Source: Macrostomum lignano (taxonomy: Eukaryota). From it: a stretch of 64,000 bases of DNA. Both the position numbers and the translations under genes were made by a program. Within the stretch, counting starts at the first letter, position 1. Each line of letters starts with the position of its first letter. The stretch lies in NCBI GenBank assembly GCA_002269645.1, contig NIVC01001299.1, positions 1-64,000 on the forward strand, written 5' to 3'. This document shows positions 11,140-19,547 of this stretch, piece after piece. The notes beneath the pieces were generated by a model. It was not told the origin of the DNA, searched no databases, and saw only the letters and a program-made list of their open reading frames with translations.

Positions 11140-12695
11140 AGGAGGATTGTTAGATGTTCAAAAAGGATTAACAAGCTTACCACCAATCTTTACTACTGGT
11201 AAATATACAGGGGAACTACACCTACCATCAATGAACTTCACAGGTTAACCCGTGGCCTGAGTGTAGAAGCAAAGCTACTGCTAGTCACTATTAGTGGCGA
11301 TGTCTCCAAATTGCGTGAAACCCGTCATACAGCTTCAAGTACCACTTCAATTGAGAAATCTTTTGAAGGAACAGAGGTAACTCCTCTTCCCAAAGGTAAA
11401 AAGCTTGAAGACACGGTGGCAATGCGCAGCCAAGCTCCTAAGTATTTTAAATATAAGGAGAAGGTTCAGAGAGCAGACGGAGATGGGCGGTAATTATCGC
11501 CGCTTAAGGTGTGCTCCAGCCTCTTTCGAAAGATTGAGGGTAAACTACCCGGCACTCGCTTAGATTTGAGATTAAATCCTGATGACACCCAAAAGCCGAT
11601 TCAATTCCAATAAATGGGATTGATTGGTTAGCATACTATCACGACTTAGCATATAGAGATGCTGACAAGAACCCGCCCGAGGAAGCATTAAGATTAAAAC
11701 ATGAAGCCGATCAAAAAATGATTCAAGGATTAGATAACTTGCAGGGATTATCGGTAGGGCAAAGATTAACTAGGTGGATGGTTAAAAAAATTCTACAATC
11801 TAAAGTTAAATTTGGTTTAGGAATTAATTACAACCAACATGGTAATAATTGTGTCGAATGTTTGTTATTAAGTGGTAGTGGGCTAAGTTATGATAAGGCT
11901 AAGGTTCTTCATAAAGAATATCGAAAACCTAAATTTTATAGAAAAATCATGAACTTCAAAAAGAATGAAATTTGGTATGCTGATTTAATGTCGATGCCGA
12001 ACGAAAGAGGATATAAATATATCTTAACCATATTAGATGGTTTTACTCGATACGCGTGGGCTGTTCCTTTGAAATCCAAAAAAGGAGAGGATGTTGCTGC
12101 TGCTTTTAGAAGTCTTGGAGAAAAAAGCGAACGTTTGTGTGTTGACGAAGGAAAAGAATTTTACAATCCTCATATGTATAAATTATATCATTTTGAAAAA
12201 GGACAAGAAAGGAAAAAAGACGCGAATGGGGAGTATATTAATAAAATTTATTCTATTTATGGAGAGAGTAAAAACGCATTAATAGAAAGATTTAATAGAA
12301 CTTTAGGTAAGAAATTATGGTTTCAGTTTAGTCTTAATGGTAACCAAAAATGGGTAAAAATATTACCAGACGTAGTGAAAGATTATAACAATTCATATCA
12401 TTCGGCGATAAAGATGACTCCTCAACAAGCTTATAACAATCCTGAAAACGTTAAAGTTACTTTTGGAAAATTTGAAAAAAATAAAAAGAAATCTTTTAAG
12501 GTTGGTGATTCTGTTTATATCTATAAATGGAAAGATAAGTTTGAAAAAGGAAGAAAAGGATATTGGAAGATAAGTGAGAAATTTACTATCAGTAAAGTTT
12601 TAAATACCAATCCTACAACCTATATAATTGCTGATAAGGACGGTGAAGAAATATTGGGTTCGTTTTATGAGAACCAACTAATATCAGCGAACTAA
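11087..12695 (+). CDS. Parvovirus-type PLA2 domain (PLA2X) fused to retroviral-type (rve) integrase; exons 11087-11245 and 11548-12695, with one -1 frameshift at ~11590
   Basis: After intron removal: GELHLPSMNFTG|PGTRLDLRL..PINGIDWLAYYHDLAY..EADQKM, in frame with integrase WYADL / LCVDEGKEFYN / IERFNRTL (DDE) and a C-terminal FKVGD..W....F.I domain. Confidence 0.9.
11093..11126 (+). repeat. 30-bp double-hairpin element in the HNH 3' end / PLA2X 5' end overlap
   Basis: AACC-GAAC GAA GTTC-GCG-TTCC TTC GGAA-C-GATC; both stems covary relative to the polB copy. Confidence 0.8.
11246..11547 (+). ncRNA. Group I self-splicing intron (IC1-like, with P5abc), 302 nt
   Basis: P1 CAGGU/GCCUG with U.G at the 5' splice site; P3 UGUCUCC(11301-07)/GGAGAUG(11479-85); P4 UGCGUG(11312-17)/UGCGCA(11423-28); P7 GAGCA(11471-75)/UGCUC(11512-16) with bulged A and G-C guanosine site; J8/7 UAAGGUG; P9 with GAAA loop; P9.0 AG/CU; P10 with the CCCGG exon start. 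Removal restores FTG-PGT. Confidence 0.93.
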
Positions 12696-12705
12696 GTTCG
12701 AACAA

Positions 12706-12930
12706 TTACTTGAGACAACATGGTAGTAAATTTTTTATAACAAACAAAAACAATATTATTACTATAATTGTTACTAATATTATTATTGACATTTGTTCAA
12801 CTGTTATCAAACTTAAATTTTCATTAAGTTCATTAATCGGCACATTTCCGATGTAGGAATAGTTTACCTTCATTTTTTTATATATATTTTTCACAATAAA
12901 TGTCGTTTCTGTTATAGAATAATAGTTCAT
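12706..12930 (-). CDS. Small Polinton protein with a C-terminal transmembrane segment
   Basis: AAAAAATG start; hydrophobic IIILVTIIVIILFLFVI. Confidence 0.5.
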   Translation of the reverse strand: MNYYSITETTFIVKNIYKKMKVNYSYIGNVPINELNENLSLITVEQMSIIILVTIIVIILFLFVIKNLLPCCLK

Positions 12931-12946
12931 TTTTTAAATATTTTTT

Positions 12947-13261
12947 TCACATAAAAATTTCACTTTCATTCTCTGAATCACTGGTTTCATATGAACTATT
13001 TGTTGATTCGGAATCTGTTGATCTAACCTCCCAATCATCCGAATTTAAATAATCTCCAAGTTGAAATATTAACTCACCCTCTTGTTCTAAATCATACATC
13101 TCATCTAGCTCTAATGGATAAAGTTTTAGGTCGTGCTTGTCGTCATATTTTAAATAAACTTCATCAATTATTCCATTCAAAATATGTTGTTTTATTATCT
13201 CTGCATTTTTAGCAACAGTCTCAAAAGTATCACTAACAGAAAAGGTGTAAACTCGGGTCAT
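12947..13261 (-). CDS. Acidic Polinton hypothetical protein (104 aa)
   Basis: AAAAATG start; D/E/S-rich tail; last ORF before the terminus. Confidence 0.5.
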   Translation of the reverse strand: MTRVYTFSVSDTFETVAKNAEIIKQHILNGIIDEVYLKYDDKHDLKLYPLELDEMYDLEQEGELIFQLGDYLNSDDWEVRSTDSESTNSSYETSDSENESEIFM

Positions 13262-13315
13262 TTTTAGTATCAGAAAAAGACCCTTCGCGCCTGCGGCGCG
13301 GGCAAGGGGTTATAG

Positions 13316-13588
13316 AGTAGTAGTATAGAAAAAGACGCTTCTAGATCAGACCTTATTTTAATGGCCGTTTGTAAGGTCTTAAGAGGGGGGACGCGAGGGG
13401 GGTGTTGGGGAGTGTTTGGAAGTGTTGGGAAGTGATTTTTATTGTTAGGGGTGATTATGGGTGATTAGATGTGTTAAGGGTGTTTAGATGTGTTTTTTTA
13501 TTTACCCCCCGTGTCCCCCCTCTAGACCCTTAAAACGGTCATTAAAAAAGTGCTCTGGGTCTAGAAGCGTCTTTTTATATACTACTAC
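13316..13588. repeat. Polinton terminus with internal inverted repeat (AGTAGTAGT...ACTACTAC, ~85-90-bp imperfect arms)
   Basis: 13316 AGTAGTAGTATAGAAAAAGACGCTTCTAGA... is the reverse complement of ...TCTAGAAGCGTCTTTTTATATACTACTAC 13588; similarity continues to the G6/C6 runs; GT-rich spacer. Confidence 0.85.
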
Positions 13589-15349
13589 GGTAAATAGTTT
13601 TTGAATTTGTAAAATTCCAGGACACCTTCTTTTCAATGTGTTTTTTTCTTCACATTGTTGATATATTTCTGTTAAGTAATTACTTTGAGGTTAAATAAAA
13701 CCTTGCATTCTAATATTTTTGTCCGACTATGGGTCTAGTCGAACTTTATTCACTTTTAAGTTTTCAAAAGTCTGTTGTTTGTAGATATAAAATTAGTTGA
13801 AGTTTTTTAATAAAGAAAGGCCATCTGGCTGGGGTTTTATTTTGCCACACTTAAAGACACGGCGGCCGTGTCTATATCCAAAAAACTTATAGAAATGGTG
13901 ACCGTGTCTCTGATGCTGATTAGATCCATACTTATAGGTCTAAACAAGGGCAATATAGCTAATTGGTTAAAATACTAAAAAGGTAAAAAAGCAATGGAAA
14001 TTTTAGTCAAGATTTAGAATATGAGATGGGCCTAAGCCTCTTTCTTTACCGAAAATTTATAAAACTTTAATGCATTTTGAATTTTGCAAATCTAAGAAAA
14101 ACTTTTTGTCCTAAATAGTCAAGAAAAATAATAGGCAGTTGTTATTCGTCCTGTGACCAGAAAAATAGCTATTTGTCATTTGTCTACTTAAATTACTATA
14201 TACAAGCGTTTTATTTTAAAGTATTTGTTAAGTGATTAACATTCTAGAGCTTTTTCCTATCTTAATTAATCTTTTGTTTTACTTAGTAAGCCTAGGATAT
14301 GTATATCTATGTATATATACATGATTAACTCACCTAAAAATTTTACTTGCACATTGACTACATGATAAGTGAAACTTCTCATTATTCAGTTTGATTTTTA
14401 TACCTTCTTACACCTTGTTATCCTCCATGCGACCATGCGCTTTGCCTTATAAAAAGGTGCATAGCATAAAAGGGTATAAGCTATACAAGACAGGAAGCAG
14501 TCAGACTAGGGCCTAAGTGTAGACTAGATATATACTGATAAAACAACATATTAATCAAGATGCGAGTAAGAAACCTTTAAAATCCAAAAAAATCACTAAC
14601 ATATATAAGAAGTACTATCCATTTACCCAAACAAATAAAAAATTGGCTTTTTGTCCAGTATAACAACCAGATGAATAGTGAAATGGCTATGTATCCTGTA
14701 ACTAGATGAATAACTACATTGCTATTTGTTTAGTCACTAGACAAATACCAATTTCCAAAATAATATAATTAGACATTAATTCTAGGCAAGGAGAAGCATC
14801 CTTGTTTGAGCTTCAAATCAGCCTCAACCTTTACTAGTGCTTTTTCCCCAGATTAATCAATAAAATATTGGGTATATATATTTTATACAGATTCACTAAT
14901 GGTATTATGGTCAGTGTTGTATTTTCATTGGCTATTGGCTTGCTTTACTTCTATAGCCTAAATACAAAATTGAGTCTAGCAACTAGTGAAATGTGGGATG
15001 GCTAGCTTATAAAAGTTTTTTAGACTGACACTTGGACATAACAATTGGTAGATGTTTATACAAGTCTATCTAAGAATTGATTTCTTATATATCACGAAAG
15101 ATGCAACACTAGTGTCAACTTTAAAGCACAAACAGATAACATGCTATTAACATTATGAAACATAAATTAAAAATAATTTTATCTCTATTCTTTTTATGAG
15201 AAGCTAATGTTATACAATATGCTGGTATAGAAAAAAATTATTAAATATCTTTAAATGGCCCTTGTGGTAAGATCCTTTGCTTTGTTAATATTTAATATTT
15301 ATAATATCTAAGCACATTGTTTTATTAGATTAATTTTAATCCATTGTAG

Positions 15350-18276
15350 TCTGTTATCATACCAGTTCACAATGCTGAATCATGGCTTAGTGAAGCCATT
15401 CAATCCGCTGTCAATCAAAACTTTTCTGGCAATTTAGAGATTTCTGTCTACAATGATTCTAGTTCTGTAAGTTTTTTCATGTCATTACATCTTATAATAT
15501 AGATGTAATTAATTTATAATTTAATCTATTGTCAATGTTATTTTTTAATACACAAACTAGGATAGCAGCGCCAACATCTTGAACAATTTAAAACAGGAAT
15601 TGTCACAAAAAGTGTACAATTTTGTCATATCTGGACACAATGGTAAAGCAAGAGGCTGTGGATATGCCAAAAATTGTGCTGTAGCTCAGTCTTCTGGAGA
15701 ATATCTCTGCTTTTTAGATGCTGTAAGTGGGCCTTTGTGTTACAGAATTTCAAGTATTTTGTGTGTTAAACATAAAAATATTTTATAATCTTTGTAAATA
15801 TTTTCAGGATGATGTCATGCTGCCTCACCGGATTGCTGAACAACTTTCTCTAGCAGTGTCACTGAAAAACAAACATACTGTGAGCTACTGTCTACTGAAG
15901 TTATTTTACTTTTCTTTTTTACATATTGTCATTATCTAAGGGTGTGGCCTGTCATAGTATCCTAGAAATATTTGTATTGTTATTTAGCGTATTTTTCCCA
16001 AATTTCTACTGTAAGTAGAGTAGTCATTTAAAATTCAATATTAGTATTTTTTACCAGAATGTTTTATATTTCTACTGTTAGTACAGTATAAAGAGAACAA
16101 TAGTTATTAATTATTTTTTGTCGCTCAAATATTAATTGATAATTTAAATGTTATAAAAACGTTTATTGCCCCCCCCCAAAATATTCACTAAGATTGTCGG
16201 CAGTCAGTTTCACCGTAAGCCTGACGGTTCCACAGCGCGATTCACAGCCTGGGCCAATCAGCTGACTCCTGTGCAGCTGGTGACTCAGGTGTACACTTCT
16301 CACGGACCCACCGTGATCATGCCAACTTGGTTCATGCATCGATCGGTATTTGATCGTGTGGGAGGCTTCAATCAGTCTGCAGCCAGGGGCTTTCCGGAGG
16401 ATTTGGAGTTTTTCTTCAAGCATCTTGACTGCGGCGGTGGTGTGGCAAGAGTTGACGCCGATCTGCTCATGTACAGATACCACCCAGCTGCCACCACCTT
16501 CTCCGTGCACGAGTGAGCTCTGATTGTGCAGCATTGATAACAACACTGAGAATCGCCTTTAAACCACCCTGAGAATCGCCCCTAAATGACCCTGAGAATC
16601 GCCCCTAAATGACCCTGAGAATCGCCCCTAAATGACCCCGAGAATCGCCCCTAAACCACCCTGAGAATCGCCCCTAAACCACCCTGAGAATCGCCCCTAA
16701 ATGACCCTGAGAATCGCCCCTAAATGACCCTGAGAATCGCCCCTAAACCACCCTGAGAATCGCCCCTAAATGACCCTGAGAATCGCCCCTAAATGACCCT
16801 GAGAATCGCCCCTAAACCACCCTGAGAATCGCACCTAAACCACCCTGAGAATCGCACCTAAACCACCCTGAGAATCGCCTCCAAGCCACCCTGAGAATCG
16901 CCCCTAAATGACCCTGAGAATCGCCCCTAAATGACCCTGAGAATCGCCCCTAAACCACCCTGAGAATCGCACCTAAACCACCCTGAGAATCGCCTCTAAG
17001 CCACCCTGAGAATCGCCCCTGAACCACACTGAGAATCGCCCCTAAACCACCCTGAGAATCGCACCTAAACCACCCTGAGAATCGCACCTAAACCACACTG
17101 AGAATCGCCCCTGAACCACACTGAGAATCGCCCTGAACCACACTGAGAATCGCCCCTGAACCACACTGAGAATCGCCCCTGAACCACACTGAGAATCGCC
17201 CTGAAACACACTGAGAATCGCCCCTGAACCACACTGAGAATCGCCCTGAACCACACTGAGAATCGCCCCTGAACCACACTGAGAATCGCCCTGAACCACA
17301 CTGAGAATCGCCCCTGAACCACATTGAGAATCGCCCCTGAACCACACTTAGAATCGCCCTGAACCACACTTAGAATCGCCCTGAACCACACTGAGAATCG
17401 CCCCTGAACCACACTGAGAATCGCCCCTGAACCACACTGAGAATCGCCCCTGAGCCACTGTAAAAATCGCCCTTAACCACTGCGCTTTTCGCGCGCAACT
17501 ATAGGAGCGCAATATTCCGTCTGCGCATGGATCGGCTTGTTGCCAGGGTGTTGCCAGGCTGGCCCAGCTTCAGTGTGTGGAATGCCGGCAAGCAGGGCCG
17601 CAGGTTCTACCGAGCCCTGCCGCCCGACCATCGACGGAAAGTGGCGGCCTTCTGCGATGTGGATCCTAAGAAGATTCAGCTGGGGTTTTACACCTTTGAG
17701 GAGAGCTCAGTGAGTGCTTCTGCCACATCCTCAGTTGCTGGGCCACCGGCCCCCCAGATCCTCAGTTGCTGGGCCACCAGCCTCCCAGATCCTCAGTTGC
17801 TGGGCCACCAGCCTCCCAGATCCTCAGTTGCTGGGCTACCAGCCTCCCAGATCCTCAGTTGCTGGGCCACCAGCCTCCCAGATCCTCAGTTGCTGGGCTA
17901 CCAGCCTCCCAGATCTTCAGTTGCTGGGCTACCAGCCTCCCAGATCCTCAGTTGCTGAGCCACCAGCCTCCCAGATCCTCAGTTGCTGGGCCACCAGCCT
18001 CCCAGATCCTCAGTTGCTGGGCCACCAGCCTCCCAGATCCTCAGTTGCTCCTCAGACTGAACATTCAGGCCACTCCTTGAACTCTCCCTGAATTCCACCG
18101 CCCGCCTCCACCCACTGCAGCAGCGGCCGAAGCCCCGCATTCCAATCGTTCATTTCTCGACAGTTAAGCCGCCGTTAATCATCTGCGCGAAGTTGGACCT
18201 CACCGGAGGTCAGCTGGAATCCAATTTAGACTCTCTTGGACTCACTGAAGGCGTTGACTACTACTGGTTTAGCTAA
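15350..18276 (+). CDS. B3GNTL1: GT2 glycosyltransferase B3GNTL1/QTGAL orthologue; exons 15350-15466, 15561-15722, 15808-15879, 16193-16512, 17505-17709, 18121-18276; start exon not located
   Basis: [82 protein letters not shown]; all GT-AG junctions keep frame. Confidence 0.93.
16540..17480. repeat. Intronic minisatellite, 20-21-bp unit CCACMCTGAGAATCGCCCCTRAA-like
   Basis: Directly visible tandem array. Confidence 0.95.
17727..18052. repeat. Intronic minisatellite, ~31-bp unit CCTCAGTTGCTGGGCCACCAGCCTCCCAGAT
   Basis: Directly visible tandem array. Confidence 0.95.
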
Positions 18277-18689
18277 GTATAGTAGCAGTAGTAGGTGTAG
18301 CAATTTATGTAGCTGTTTTTCTCTTTATGCTTGTAATTACTGTAGACTTGGCCAAAGTGCTTGGTAAGGTTTTTATTTTATTGTAAAGACAACCAGTATT
18401 TAATAATAGCAAGTTTTAAATTTATCAAAATAAAAGCGTCTTATTGCAGTCGATAAGCCATCCTCCACAGAGAATGCACAGGTTCTGTACGGTACTGAAA
18501 AACTAGTTTTGCGTTTTTTACCTCTTTTATTTGTTTTACATTTGAAGTGAGGCGGCGATTTAGTCGTATTGAGACTAAATTCTAGTTGTAGAGACTAGAT
18601 CTATGTCTAAAGGTTGAGAGTAGATGAATTAGTGGACTCTGGAGAATCGATCTAATTTAATGGAGTGGAGGTGGAGTGGATCCAGTTTG

Positions 18690-19330
18690 GGAGAATAGAA
18701 CTAATGGGGGAGAGTAGATCTAATTCTGGAGAATAGATCTAATGGGGTAGAGTAGATCTATTTTTGGAGAATAGATCTAATGGGGTAGAGTAGATATAAT
18801 TTTTGAGAATAGATCTAATGGGGGAGAGTAGATATAATTCAGGAGAACAGATCTAATGGGGTAGAGTAGATCTAATTCGGGAGAATAGATCTAATAGGGC
18901 AGAGTAGATATAATTCAGGAGAACAGATCTAATGGGGTAGAGTAGATATAATTTGGGAGAATAGATCTAATGGGGGAGAGTAGATATAATTTGGGAGAAT
19001 AGATCTAATGGATTAGAGTAGATATAATTTTGGAGAATAGATCTAATGGGGTAGAGTAGATATAATTTTGGAGAATAGATCTAATGGGGTAGAGTAGATA
19101 TAATTTTGGAGAATAGATCTAATGGGGTAAAGTAGATCTAATTTTGGAGAATAGATCTAATGGATTAGAGTAGATATAATTTTGGATAATAGATCTAATA
19201 GGGTAAAGTAGATATAATTCTGGAGAATAGAAGACCATTTTTAGGATAATGGGTTAAATGGGAGGAGAGTAGATCTAATGGGGTATAGTATATCTAATTC
19301 GGGAGAACAGATGTAATGAGGTAGAGTAGA
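18690..19330. repeat. Intergenic minisatellite, ~38-bp dimeric unit (GGAGAATAGATCTAATGGGGTAGAGTAGATATAATTTT)
   Basis: Directly visible tandem array. Confidence 0.9.
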
Positions 19331-19547
19331 TGTAAAAGTGAAGAAGATCTATTTGGGAGGACTAGTTTTGTTGATGGATTCTATTAAATCTAAAGTTGAA
19401 TCAACTCAAGAGGAAGAGTTTGGATGTCTTGTTTAAGAGTAGAATTGTGGTCGTAAAGAAGTACATTTTAGAGAAATGTTGACATAAACTTATAAAATTA
19501 CAAGCTAAAACACTTGCAGACAACTGAGCTGTCTTCTCCATTCTTTA

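Larger units (their letters stand above)
1..13588. mobile_element. Polinton/Maverick (adintovirus-like) element, right-hand ~13.6 kb; left end outside the window
   Basis: Co-occurring pPolB, rve integrase, A32/FtsK-like ATPase, adenain protease, and major and minor capsid genes in an intron-poor AT-rich block that ends in ...TATACTACTAC (AGT-repeat terminus typical of Polintons). Confidence 0.96.

Noticed and set aside
11311-11493. 60-aa ORF inside the intron as a homing endonuclease
   Set aside because: It lies across the ribozyme core, is too short, and has no LAGLIDADG, GIY-YIG, HNH or His-Cys motif.
11246-11547. Reading the insertion as a spliceosomal or group II intron
   Set aside because: A GT is present at 11244-45, but no AG restores the frame at the 3' end; there is no GUGYG start or domain V; the group I core pairings explain the whole insert.
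13856-13872. Perfect palindrome GACACGGC-G-GCCGTGTC as a Helitron 3' hairpin
   Set aside because: No CTRR end at the expected distance and no other Helitron evidence; it does not match the double-hairpin consensus either.
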